The notes under the pieces are model-generated. The model did no database searches and was not told the origin of the DNA. It worked only from the letters and a program-made list of their open reading frames with translations. DNA of 64,000 bases from Candidatus Levyibacteriota bacterium (GTDB lineage: Bacteria > Patescibacteriota > Microgenomatia > Levybacterales > UBA12049), in NCBI GenBank assembly GCA_043823085.1, contig JBDRBE010000004.1, positions 69,510 to 133,509 on the forward strand, read 5' to 3'. Positions 17,796 to 27,034 of the stretch are shown here, piece after piece (position 1 is the first letter of the stretch; each line of letters starts with the position of its first letter). Both the position numbers and the translations under genes were made by a program.

Positions 17796-19888
17796 TAACA
17801 TTATTATTTCTGATTCCTATACTTTTTATTTTTAAAAATTGGTTTATTTTTCCTTTTCTTTCCGGGCATGATTGGCCTTATTTTTTTAAAGAGACACTTT
17901 CTGATTATTCGTTTTTTCCTCCTGCATGGTCTCCAACGTTGGGGATTGGACTTGGCGGAGAAATGACAAATTATGGCTTGGGTACATTTATTTATGCGTT
18001 AGTTTCATTATTTGTAAATTCAATTGGCTTGCCATGGGAACTGGTATATAAGATTTTTATTTTTGGGTTGTTTCTTATTCTCTCCGTTTTTTCAAGCGTT
18101 TATTTATTACGTACGGTTTTAAAGAATCCAGGTAAACTGCAATTGTTATTGTCCGTACTTATATTTAGTGCAAATACCTATATTCTTATGGTTTTAGATG
18201 GGGGGCAGATGGGAGTAGCCCTCGCTTATAGCATATCTCCGCTCGTTCTAGGAACCTTTATAAATCTTGTAAATAACTTTGTTTCCATTTCGCCTAATTT
18301 CAAATTTCATTCATTCGGCAAGCTCAGGACAAGAATTTCAAATTTCAAATTTCCAATATTGGCTAGTTTGGTTTTAACCATACAAATTATGTTTGACTTT
18401 CGGATAGCAGTTCTTACAACTGTAATAGGTCTATTTTATGCAATGTATTATTATTTTTTTATTGAACGGTTTGAGCTTGGATTATTTGTTAAACATTGTG
18501 TATTAACTGGATTTATTATTCTGGGTTTCAATATATATTGGGTTTTTCCAATTGTTGCCTTGCGTTCACTTCCGTCCCAGGAGTTGTTAAGTAGTTTGAG
18601 TTCGGTTTCTGGTTTTCAATTTTTTTCATTTGCGACATTTTCGCAAACCTTATCGCTTCTACAACCTAATTGGCCGGAAAATATTTTTGGGAAGGTATAT
18701 TTTATGAGAAGTGAGTTTATTATATTGCCTGTTTTGGCGTACTTAGGGTTATTGTTTATTAAAACCAAAGCGCTGAAAAATGCAAAACAATACGCAGAAC
18801 ACCGCAGAATTTTATTTTTTGCACTCCTGGGATTGGTGGGTGCTTTTTTGGCAAAAGGGGCAAATCCACCATTTGGAGAGATAAATACCTGGTTATTTAC
18901 GAATGTGCCATTTCTCTATTTCTTTAGAGATTCAACGAAGTTTTACTTATTAACCATGTTATCTTACAGTGTTTTGATACCATTTACAGTTTATTCTATT
19001 AAAACATGGTTAAGTTCAAAACTCCCCACTTCGCCAAGGCTTTGTGGGGCAAGCAAAACTCAAAATTATTTATTTTATCTTGTGCCAATGATTGCAATTC
19101 TTTATTTATTATTCCTGATTCGTCCTATTTTTTTAGACAAACTTAATGGGACATTTAAAAGGCATGAAATTTCAAAAGAATACCTTGAGTTAAAAGATTT
19201 TTTAAACAGCCAAAAAGATTTTTCGAGAACATTATGGATACCAAGGCAAGATCGTTACAACTTTTACTCCTGCCTTCATCCGGCAGTGTCCGGAGAGGAT
19301 CTTTTTTCGGCAACTAATTCGGCTGAGATAATAAGGAAATTAAAAATGGATCAAACTCGTGAATTGCTTTCTAATTTTTCGATAAAATATATAATTATTC
19401 CATTTGATTCATTTGGAGAGATTTTTGTAAAAGACAGAAAATATAATGAAAAAGAATATTCTTCCACGGTGAATCTTCTTAATTCAATTAATTGGCTTAA
19501 AAAAATAGAAGATTTTGGTAATATCATTGTCTATGAAACTCCAGACCACAAGGATCATTTTTGGTTAAACGGACAAGGTAAACTTTCATATACAGCTATA
19601 GGCCCGTCAGAATATGAAGTAAAGGTGTCAGCAGAAAAAGCTTCGAAAGTAATTTTTACCGAAGCCTATAATCCTTATTGGATAACAGACACCGGTAGCG
19701 ATAAATTAACAAGTAAAAAAACAGAATACAATGCAAATAGTTTTTTATTGGAAAAGGGAGGAGTTTACGAATTAAAAGTATACTTTTCAAAACAGAAATA
19801 TTATAACTTTGGAAAATTGATTACGTTGCTTTTTATCGTAGCTTTTTCGTTTACTGCGATATTTCTTAGAAAGAAAACTAATTTATGA
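17777..19888 (+). CDS. Polytopic membrane protein, YfhO-like, paralog C (shares the C-terminal domain, divergent N-terminus)
   Basis: 703 aa. C-terminal FTEAYNPYWI matches SEAFHSNWKIY and LEQYSANWKLF of paralogs A and B. Ends with a TM anchor. Confidence 0.55.
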   Translation: MAKKTIVTLLFLIPILFIFKNWFIFPFLSGHDWPYFFKETLSDYSFFPPAWSPTLGIGLGGEMTNYGLGTFIYALVSLFVNSIGLPWELVYKIFIFGLFLILSVFSSVYLLRTVLKNPGKLQLLLSVLIFSANTYILMVLDGGQMGVALAYSISPLVLGTFINLVNNFVSISPNFKFHSFGKLRTRISNFKFPILASLVLTIQIMFDFRIAVLTTVIGLFYAMYYYFFIERFELGLFVKHCVLTGFIILGFNIYWVFPIVALRSLPSQELLSSLSSVSGFQFFSFATFSQTLSLLQPNWPENIFGKVYFMRSEFIILPVLAYLGLLFIKTKALKNAKQYAEHRRILFFALLGLVGAFLAKGANPPFGEINTWLFTNVPFLYFFRDSTKFYLLTMLSYSVLIPFTVYSIKTWLSSKLPTSPRLCGASKTQNYLFYLVPMIAILYLLFLIRPIFLDKLNGTFKRHEISKEYLELKDFLNSQKDFSRTLWIPRQDRYNFYSCLHPAVSGEDLFSATNSAEIIRKLKMDQTRELLSNFSIKYIIIPFDSFGEIFVKDRKYNEKEYSSTVNLLNSINWLKKIEDFGNIIVYETPDHKDHFWLNGQGKLSYTAIGPSEYEVKVSAEKASKVIFTEAYNPYWITDTGSDKLTSKKTEYNANSFLLEKGGVYELKVYFSKQKYYNFGKLITLLFIVAFSFTAIFLRKKTNL
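18334..18354 (+). repeat. Tandem heptamer (AATTTCA)x2 plus one imperfect copy inside paralog C. A second pair lies at 18296-18309.
   Basis: Read directly from the sequence. Encodes SNFKFPI. Confidence 0.7.
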
Positions 19889-20835
19889 GACTTAATCCTA
19901 ATTGCTTAAGCTGCGGTTCTTCAAAAACATGCAAGACATATAAAACAAAAGATCGAATGTTTGGGGGCAATAAGATTTTTAATTATTTCGAATGCAAAAA
20001 TTGCTCTGTTTGCTTCTTGTATCCTCAGCTATCATTGAAGGAGTTTGGAAAATACTATCCGAGCTCAAAATATTATTCATATTCAAATAGTAATAAAAAA
20101 GATTTTTTTGGTACGATAAGGGCATATTTAGTGCGTAGTTATTATAAAGAGAATTTTTTTTTCAGATTATTTTCTTTCTTCGTGATAAGTGTTCCGGCAA
20201 TTCCAAGCGCGCCAATTGGAAAAATATTAGATGTAGGATGCGGAACTGGTGAAACCCTTTCTCTTTTAAAAGAAGTGGGGTGGAATGTTTACGGATTAGA
20301 TTTGGATAAAGATGCAATAAATATAGCGAAAAAACGAGGAATTACAGCTAAAATAGGCAGTTATGAAGAAATAGAATCTTTTCCTAAAGATTATTTTGAT
20401 GCAATTCGTTTATATCATGTTATAGAGCACATTGGCGATCCTTCAGTTGCACTCAAACTTATTTATTTACGCCTTAAACCCGGCGGACAGCTAATTTTGG
20501 GAGCACCAAATTACAATAGTATAGTCAGAAAAATATTTGGCTCTTTTTGGTACAATCTTGATGCTCCTAGGCATCTATTTCTTTTTTCGCCAAAAAATTT
20601 AATAGCACTTGGAAAAAAAAACGGATTCATAGATCCTCATGTTGATTATTTTGCAGCTGGCGGCATTTTGGGAAGCATACAATATATAATAAATGAAAAA
20701 TTTAATAAAAAGGTTGATTTGTTGTCGAATATTTTTTTAGTTTTGCTTTTTTTTATTCCAGAATTGTTGACAAATAAACTGTCGGCAGGGGATATTTTTA
20801 CTCTAAGAATGTACAAAAAAAAGTATAGAGTGTGA
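19885..20835 (+). CDS. Class I SAM-dependent methyltransferase with an N-terminal Cys-rich zinc ribbon
   Basis: CLSCGSS...CKNCSVCF followed by ILDVGCGTGETL. Confidence 0.65.
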   Translation: MRLNPNCLSCGSSKTCKTYKTKDRMFGGNKIFNYFECKNCSVCFLYPQLSLKEFGKYYPSSKYYSYSNSNKKDFFGTIRAYLVRSYYKENFFFRLFSFFVISVPAIPSAPIGKILDVGCGTGETLSLLKEVGWNVYGLDLDKDAINIAKKRGITAKIGSYEEIESFPKDYFDAIRLYHVIEHIGDPSVALKLIYLRLKPGGQLILGAPNYNSIVRKIFGSFWYNLDAPRHLFLFSPKNLIALGKKNGFIDPHVDYFAAGGILGSIQYIINEKFNKKVDLLSNIFLVLLFFIPELLTNKLSAGDIFTLRMYKKKYRV

Positions 20836-20880
20836 CATAATCATCGCAATTTCCTTGTTTTATGCAGAATAAGATTGTAG

Positions 20881-20943
20881 AAAAAAATATGACAACGAAG
20901 CTTTACTTACTTTAAATCTTAAGAAGATTTTGTATGAAAATTA
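20881..20943 (+). pseudogene. About 20-codon remnant duplicating the C-terminus of the GT4 gene 21632..22831
   Basis: KKYDNEALLTLNLKKILYEN* versus the GT4 C-terminus KKYDNEALFTLNLERILKKKY*. About 90% nt identity over about 55 nt, with a stop just upstream. Confidence 0.6.
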
Positions 20944-20961
20944 GAATCTGGTTTATAATCT

Positions 20962-21588
20962 ATGATTACCAAATACAATCAATACAGAAATGACTTTTTT
21001 AATAAACTCAGGGTTGATTTTGAAAAAGGAAAAAAAATATTAGATGTTGGATGTGGAGATGGGTCAGATGCGCAAGTCTTCAGAAAATCATATGGGCTTG
21101 ATTTTTATGGAATCGATATTTATAAAAATCCAAACATTAAAAAAAATAAGCTAAATTTTAAAATTGGAACAATTCATAAAATTCCTTATAAGTCAGAATG
21201 TTTTGATTATGTCTATGCACACGATGTCCTCCATCATATAGAAGAAAAAAATCTATCGGATAATTCTATCTTATTAGGTCTTAAAGAATTAAGAAGAGTA
21301 TGCAAAAAAAATGGATGCATAGTGATTGTTGAGGCAAATAGATATAATCCCTTATTTTATCCGCATATGGTTTTAATGAAAAAACATAACCATCTAACTA
21401 AATCGAGGTTTAAGAGATTGGTTAAGGAAGAATTTAAAAAAGATAATATACTTTTCAAATTCTTTGAAGCACATTTATATCCAGCTAAACTTATTTATAT
21501 TTTTAAAATATATGAATATTTTGCAGAGAAGATTTTTCCCAAGTGGCCTCTAGCATATAACTGCGCAGTAATTATTAAAATATCGTAA
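20962..21588 (+). CDS. Class I SAM-dependent methyltransferase
   Basis: ILDVGCGDGSDA motif I and acidic motif II YAHDVLHHI. Confidence 0.65.
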   Translation: MITKYNQYRNDFFNKLRVDFEKGKKILDVGCGDGSDAQVFRKSYGLDFYGIDIYKNPNIKKNKLNFKIGTIHKIPYKSECFDYVYAHDVLHHIEEKNLSDNSILLGLKELRRVCKKNGCIVIVEANRYNPLFYPHMVLMKKHNHLTKSRFKRLVKEEFKKDNILFKFFEAHLYPAKLIYIFKIYEYFAEKIFPKWPLAYNCAVIIKIS

Positions 21589-21631
21589 AATAGAATAAGT
21601 TGAACAGTTTAAATAAAAGTATTGGAATTTT

Positions 21632-22831
21632 ATGCCTAATGCTATGAAAGATTTAATTAAGGATAAGAAATTTATCATTGCTGTCCATGAAAACCTAGTT
21701 ATTGGTCCTCCTTATGATTTGCGTACTTTCTTATTAGAAAAACCGGTTGAGAAGTTGATTTATATATCTCATCCTTTAACATCTGAAAAAGAATTTTATA
21801 AAGGTGTTTCACAATGTGAAGTTTACAAAAGATGTAAGTTAACGCAAAAAATTAAAGCTTTTCATTGGCGTTTACCGGATCCCCTTCTTTATGTAAAGGA
21901 TGTTTTCTATACAATTTTTTGGTCTGTAAGATTTAATAAGAAACACAATCTTTTTATTGGAGTAGATCCGCTAAATGCATTAGCAGGATTAATATTGCGT
22001 TTCTTTGGCCGTGTTGAAAAAGTTATTTATTATGCAATTGATTATTTTACTCCAAGATTCGAGAATAAAATATTGAATTATATATATCATAACATAGACA
22101 AGCTATGTGTCCGATTTTGTGATGAAACATGGAATCTTTCAGATGTTATGGCAACAGCAAGAGAAAAATATAATAATATGCCTGTAAAAATCTATAATAG
22201 ACAACATACTGTTCCTGTTGGAATATGGTTTTATCGAGCAAAAAGAAAGGAATTCGCAAAGATTAACAAGAAAAAAATAATTTTTACCGGACATTTAAAT
22301 CCAGTGATGGGAGCAGACTTAATCTTGCACGCAATGCCTAAAATTATAAAAAACATTCCGGATATTAAGCTTGAGATCATAGGGGGCGGGCAAGAATATG
22401 ATAGTTTACGAAAACTGGCGAATGATCTAAGTTTAGATAAATATGTGCTTTTTCATGGTTGGATAGAGGATAGGAAAAAACTGGAGAATCTTCTTTCGGA
22501 TGCAGCTTTGGGACTGGCGCCATTTAACACAAAAATTCCGGGGGATAAAATTAGAAACGCAGATCCCGCCAAACTTAAAGATTATGCGTTATTAGGACTT
22601 CCGTTTATAGTTACAGATGCAATAGCAAATCCCGAAGAAATTACAGAAAAAAAATGTGGCATAATAATAAACTACGATAAAGATCAATTGGCAAATGCAG
22701 TAATAAAATTATTGACCAACGAAAAGATGTTAAAAGATTATAGAGTAAACGCATTAAAATTTGTTAAAAAATATGACAATGAAGCTTTATTCACTTTAAA
22801 TCTTGAGAGGATTTTAAAAAAGAAATATTAA
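21632..22831 (+). CDS. Glycosyltransferase family 4 (GT-B)
   Basis: 399 aa with a GT4-like C-terminal domain. Its C-terminal 20 aa are duplicated as a remnant at 20881..20943. Confidence 0.55.
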   Translation: MPNAMKDLIKDKKFIIAVHENLVIGPPYDLRTFLLEKPVEKLIYISHPLTSEKEFYKGVSQCEVYKRCKLTQKIKAFHWRLPDPLLYVKDVFYTIFWSVRFNKKHNLFIGVDPLNALAGLILRFFGRVEKVIYYAIDYFTPRFENKILNYIYHNIDKLCVRFCDETWNLSDVMATAREKYNNMPVKIYNRQHTVPVGIWFYRAKRKEFAKINKKKIIFTGHLNPVMGADLILHAMPKIIKNIPDIKLEIIGGGQEYDSLRKLANDLSLDKYVLFHGWIEDRKKLENLLSDAALGLAPFNTKIPGDKIRNADPAKLKDYALLGLPFIVTDAIANPEEITEKKCGIIINYDKDQLANAVIKLLTNEKMLKDYRVNALKFVKKYDNEALFTLNLERILKKKY

Positions 22832-22832
22832 T

Positions 22833-23651
22833 ATGCAGATAGCAATTACAGGCGATAGCGGATTTTTAGGGACTGAGTTAAAAAGAGAACTTAGAAAAAG
22901 TGATATTTCCTTTTCGGTCTTTGAAAGAGAAAAGTACAATCTTTTTAAGCCCGAAACTCTTAAAGATTTTGTAAAGTCAAAGAATGTTATTATTCATCTC
23001 GCTGGTGCTAATAAAGATAAAAGTCTTGAAGAAATAATAAAAGTAAATGTTCTGGGAACAAAAGGACTTTTAGATGCAATAAACATGTACTCTCCTTTTA
23101 CAAAACTTGTTTTTGCTTCATCGTTTATGGTTTATCTGCAAAATGATTTTTTTGGCGTTTCAAAAAAAGTTGCCGAAGACCTTATTATAGAATATGCGAG
23201 AGAACGTTCTATAAAATCTATAATTCTTCGTTTTTCCAATATTTACGGTGAAGCTGTTAAGCCATTTTGTAACTCTGTTATATCTACTTTTGCATATAAA
23301 ATAAAAAGAGACGAACAAGTTATAATTAACGGCGATGGTACTCAAAGGCGAGATTATATATGCGTTAAAGATGCAGTATCAGCATTTATGAAAGCAATAA
23401 TGTATAAGCCAAAAAAAATTGAATGTTTTGATATATGTAGCGGGAAATTAACATCGCTAAATGAAATACTTGATTTAATGGAAAAGGTTAGTCATAAAGA
23501 GATTAATTTATGTTATAATAAAAATCTAAAATTGGATGATTTAAATATAAAAAAAGATTATACAAGAGCAAAAGAAATTCTGAATTGGGAACCAACAGTT
23601 TTATTGAAAGATGGATTAAAAACTTTTTTTAATTCGTTGCATGAAGATTAA
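22833..23651 (+). CDS. SDR reductase, N-terminal Rossmann part of a Cap5F/FnlB/WbjC-like UDP-sugar 3-epimerase/4-reductase (split gene)
   Basis: MQIAITGDSGFLGTEL. 272 aa, immediately followed by a cupin ORF, and next to Cap5E- and FnlC-like genes. Confidence 0.55.
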   Translation: MQIAITGDSGFLGTELKRELRKSDISFSVFEREKYNLFKPETLKDFVKSKNVIIHLAGANKDKSLEEIIKVNVLGTKGLLDAINMYSPFTKLVFASSFMVYLQNDFFGVSKKVAEDLIIEYARERSIKSIILRFSNIYGEAVKPFCNSVISTFAYKIKRDEQVIINGDGTQRRDYICVKDAVSAFMKAIMYKPKKIECFDICSGKLTSLNEILDLMEKVSHKEINLCYNKNLKLDDLNIKKDYTRAKEILNWEPTVLLKDGLKTFFNSLHED

Positions 23652-24027
23652 AGAGAAAAAACTTAAAGTAAAAAGCGATATAAGAGGATGGCTCGCTGAA
23701 ATTTTAACACCGAAAGATGTTGGGAATAAAGCATTTGGGTTAATTGTCGTTACTACAGCAAAACCCGGACAAACAAAAGGAAGACATTATCATAAAAGAA
23801 AAACTGAATGGTATTGTGTTATTAAGGGCGACGGAATGCTTACATTAATAGATAATAAAACAAGAGAAACAAAAAAAATTGAAATGGGAGAAAAAAATAT
23901 GATTATGGTTCAAATTCCTCCAAATCACTTTCATCTGATTGAAAATATTGGAAAAACCGAAATGTTTCTTCTTGTATATGTTAATGAATTGTTTAACCCG
24001 AAAGAACCAGATAACTATTATGAGTAA
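23641..24027 (+). CDS. Cupin-domain protein, C-terminal part of the split Cap5F/WbjC-like enzyme (alternatively an FdtA-like ketoisomerase)
   Basis: 128 aa with a cupin core (HYHKRKTEWYCVIKGDG). Overlaps the upstream SDR by 11 nt in another frame. Confidence 0.45.
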   Translation: MKIKEKKLKVKSDIRGWLAEILTPKDVGNKAFGLIVVTTAKPGQTKGRHYHKRKTEWYCVIKGDGMLTLIDNKTRETKKIEMGEKNMIMVQIPPNHFHLIENIGKTEMFLLVYVNELFNPKEPDNYYE

Positions 24028-25147
24028 AAAAGATAATTTGAGTCAGGCGATAAAAGAAAAAATTAGCGGAAAAGTGATTTTAATCACAGGGGGAACAGGT
24101 TCATTCGGAAGCATTGTTATTAATAATATCCTTAAGCTTGATCCCAAAAGAATAATTATTTTTAGCAGAGACGAGAAGAAGCAGTTTGATATGCGTAATA
24201 AGTATGATAGTTCACTTCTGCGTTTTGTTATAGGAGATGTACGGGATAGACAAAGCGTTGATGAGGTTATGGATGGTGTTGATTATGTCTTTCATGCCGC
24301 AGCGCTAAAACAGGTACCCAGCTGTGAATTTTTCCCACTGGAGGCTATAAAAACAAACGTTCTTGGCGCTTCTAATGTTTTGACATCTGCAAGAGAACAT
24401 AAGGCAAAGAAAGTAATGATTTTAAGTACTGATAAAGCAGTGTATCCAATTAATGCGATGGGAATGACAAAGGCGCTTATGGAAAAAGTAATGATTGCAC
24501 AGGCGCGTGATATTATTAATGGTATAACAGCGAAAGGAAGGGATGATACAACTCTCTGCGGTGTAAGATATGGGAATGTACTTTACTCAAGAGGTTCGGT
24601 TATTCCTTATTTTGTTGATCAAATTAAAAAAGGAAAAGAGTTAACAGTAACAAATTTAAATATGACACGTTTTCTTCTTCCTCTTACCCAAGCAGTAGAT
24701 TTGGTTTTGTACGCATTAGCATTTGGTGAAAACGGTCATATGTATGTACGCAAAGCGCCCGCAGCTACACTTGAAATATTAGTTCAAGCCATTTGCAAGA
24801 TTTTTAGCTATAAAAAAGGATATAGAGAAGTAGGAATACGGGCAGGGGAGAAAATGCATGAAACACTCATCTCCAAAGAAGAATTTGTACGGGCAATAGA
24901 TCAAGGGAATTATTATAAAATTCCCCATGAGAGTCAGGGATTAGATTACAATAAGTATTTGTTTAAGGGAGATAAGGCAGATATTCATAATATTGAACCT
25001 TATACTTCTGCAAATACAGCGCGACTAAATCTTGAACAAACAATCAAACTCTTGCTTGCGCTTCCTGAAATTCAGCATGAGTTAAAATTTTATAAAAGCA
25101 ACATGATTGAAATCAAAGAAGAAGGAGTTTATACGGTTATTGATTAA
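24020..25147 (+). CDS. UDP-N-acetylglucosamine 4,6-dehydratase/5-epimerase (Cap5E/FnlA/WbjB/PseB family)
   Basis: VILITGGTGSFGS (the GGTGSFG signature). Start placed at MSKKDNL, overlapping the cupin stop; the ORF track starts at 23939. Confidence 0.75.
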   Translation: MSKKDNLSQAIKEKISGKVILITGGTGSFGSIVINNILKLDPKRIIIFSRDEKKQFDMRNKYDSSLLRFVIGDVRDRQSVDEVMDGVDYVFHAAALKQVPSCEFFPLEAIKTNVLGASNVLTSAREHKAKKVMILSTDKAVYPINAMGMTKALMEKVMIAQARDIINGITAKGRDDTTLCGVRYGNVLYSRGSVIPYFVDQIKKGKELTVTNLNMTRFLLPLTQAVDLVLYALAFGENGHMYVRKAPAATLEILVQAICKIFSYKKGYREVGIRAGEKMHETLISKEEFVRAIDQGNYYKIPHESQGLDYNKYLFKGDKADIHNIEPYTSANTARLNLEQTIKLLLALPEIQHELKFYKSNMIEIKEEGVYTVID

Positions 25148-25158
25148 CAAATAAAAAT

Positions 25159-26286
25159 ATGATTATTGATAGGCTAAAAATAATGACAATTTTAGGAACA
25201 CGTCCTGAAATAATCAGGCTTTCTAGAATATTGCCGAAGATGGACGAATATGTTAATCATAAAATCGTATTTACGCAACAAAGTTACGATTATGAATTAA
25301 GCAAAATCTTTTTTGAAGAATTAGAACTTCGAGATCCGGATTATTTACTTGAAGTGAGATCGGACACACTAGGTGGACAAATAGGTAATATTTTAAAACA
25401 GTCGGAAGAAGTAATGCTTAAAGAAAAACCAGATGCAATTCTAATTTTAGGCGATACTAACAGTTCTTTGTCGGCAATAATTGCAAAACGTCTTGGAATT
25501 CTGGTATTTCATATGGAAGCCGGGAATAGGTGTTTTGACTTTGAGGTGCCAGAGGAAACAAATAGAACGCTTGTTGATGCTATTAGTGATTATAATTTAC
25601 CATACACTCAAAGAGGAAAAGAATACTTAATTCATAATGGTTTGCATCCAAGAAGCATTTTTGTTACAGGTTCTCCGCTTGCTGAAGTTTACAGTTATTT
25701 TAAAAATAAAATTGAAAAATCAACTGTTCTTAATGATTTAAATTTAAAATCAAATAAATATTTTGTTGTCAGCGCTCATAGAGAAGAAAATGTAGATAAT
25801 CCTGATAATCTAAAAGAGTTAGTTAATTCCCTAAATTTTATAGCAAAATATTATAAATTACCTATTATTATTTCTCTTCATCCAAGAACGAAAAATAGAC
25901 TCAGCAAAAATACGGAGATTAATCCTCTAATTAATCTTCACAAGCCATTTGGAATTTTAGAATATATAAAACTAGAGCAGAATTCACTTTGTACGATTTC
26001 AGACAGCGGAACCATACAAGAGGAATCTTCTATGCTTAATTTTAACGCAATTCAAATCAGAGCAAATTTAGAAAGGCCTGAGGCTTTTGATAAAGGCGTA
26101 ATTATTCTTGCAGGTTTTAATAAAAACTCAATTATTAATGCAGTAGAAATGACTGTTAAAGAAAAAGAGAAGACAATAGTTCCAGACGATTATAAAGATA
26201 CAAATGTTTCAAGTACAGGAGTAAAACGTATGAGGGGACTTACAGCTGTTCAAAAATATCACAATAAAAAACCTGCGGGTTTTTAA
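25159..26286 (+). CDS. UDP-N-acetylglucosamine 2-epimerase, non-hydrolysing (WecB/Cap5G/FnlC family)
   Basis: IMTILGTRPEIIRLS and HMEAGNR motifs. 375 aa. Confidence 0.75.
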   Translation: MIIDRLKIMTILGTRPEIIRLSRILPKMDEYVNHKIVFTQQSYDYELSKIFFEELELRDPDYLLEVRSDTLGGQIGNILKQSEEVMLKEKPDAILILGDTNSSLSAIIAKRLGILVFHMEAGNRCFDFEVPEETNRTLVDAISDYNLPYTQRGKEYLIHNGLHPRSIFVTGSPLAEVYSYFKNKIEKSTVLNDLNLKSNKYFVVSAHREENVDNPDNLKELVNSLNFIAKYYKLPIIISLHPRTKNRLSKNTEINPLINLHKPFGILEYIKLEQNSLCTISDSGTIQEESSMLNFNAIQIRANLERPEAFDKGVIILAGFNKNSIINAVEMTVKEKEKTIVPDDYKDTNVSSTGVKRMRGLTAVQKYHNKKPAGF

Positions 26287-26299
26287 AAAAAATATATTT

Positions 26300-27034
26300 C
26301 TAAATTTTTTCTATAGAAACTTTTTTAAAAAATAGTTTTTTTCCGTTTTTGCATTTTATAAATGCATTGGGATATGGATCGCCAAGAGATCTAATAAAAT
26401 TATAAAGTTCTTGTGCTGTTTTTGTTCTAAAATCTTCAATAGTTAGTTCGCTTTCCTCTGCCTTTCTTCTTTTATAAAAAGTAGCATGTAATTCATTTTG
26501 TCGTATTGGTTTAAGCTCATTTTTTACCAAACCATCTAAAACTTTGATTGTTTCTTCACTCCCTGTCTTTACGATGCGATCAAAGATATTATTTATAGTT
26601 CCATTTAGTGAAAATGTTTTCTGGCCATAAATATCGCCTGCATCTAATTCTTTTACCATTCTAAAAATTGAAACAGCACTTGTTTTCTCGCCTCTTATTA
26701 TCTGATGCTGAAGAGGTGATCCTCCTCTATATTTTGGCAATGGTGAAGTATGTAGGCATAAACATAGATGAGATTTATAAAGTGACGGAGGAATCATCCA
26801 TGACCATCCATAAAAAAGAAATATCTCCGGAGTGTATTTTTCAAGCGTTGCTATTTCTTTGTCAAGTGTTTTTGGATTAACTTTTAGACAAGGAATTTGA
26901 AGGGCTGAAAAATTTGCTTCTGGTTTCGGAATTGTAATAGCAGTAACTATTTTCCATTGTTTATCATTTTCTCTTAAGAGGTTTTTTAGAATTTGATACG
27001 ACCATTTTCTGTATCCAAAAAAAATGACGTTCAT
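26300..27034 (-). CDS. Formyltransferase-domain protein (sugar N-formyltransferase / ArnA-N-like)
   Basis: LHTSPLPKYRGGSPLQHQII matches the Fmt/PurN HxSLLPxxRG catalytic motif. 244 aa, as in sugar N-formyltransferases. Confidence 0.6.
   Translation of the reverse strand: MNVIFFGYRKWSYQILKNLLRENDKQWKIVTAITIPKPEANFSALQIPCLKVNPKTLDKEIATLEKYTPEIFLFYGWSWMIPPSLYKSHLCLCLHTSPLPKYRGGSPLQHQIIRGEKTSAVSIFRMVKELDAGDIYGQKTFSLNGTINNIFDRIVKTGSEETIKVLDGLVKNELKPIRQNELHATFYKRRKAEESELTIEDFRTKTAQELYNFIRSLGDPYPNAFIKCKNGKKLFFKKVSIEKI

Noticed and set aside
23630-23660. Programmed ribosomal frameshift joining the SDR and cupin ORFs
   Set aside because: No obvious slippery heptamer or downstream pseudoknot could be confirmed by eye. 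It cannot be distinguished from a natural split gene or an error without read data.
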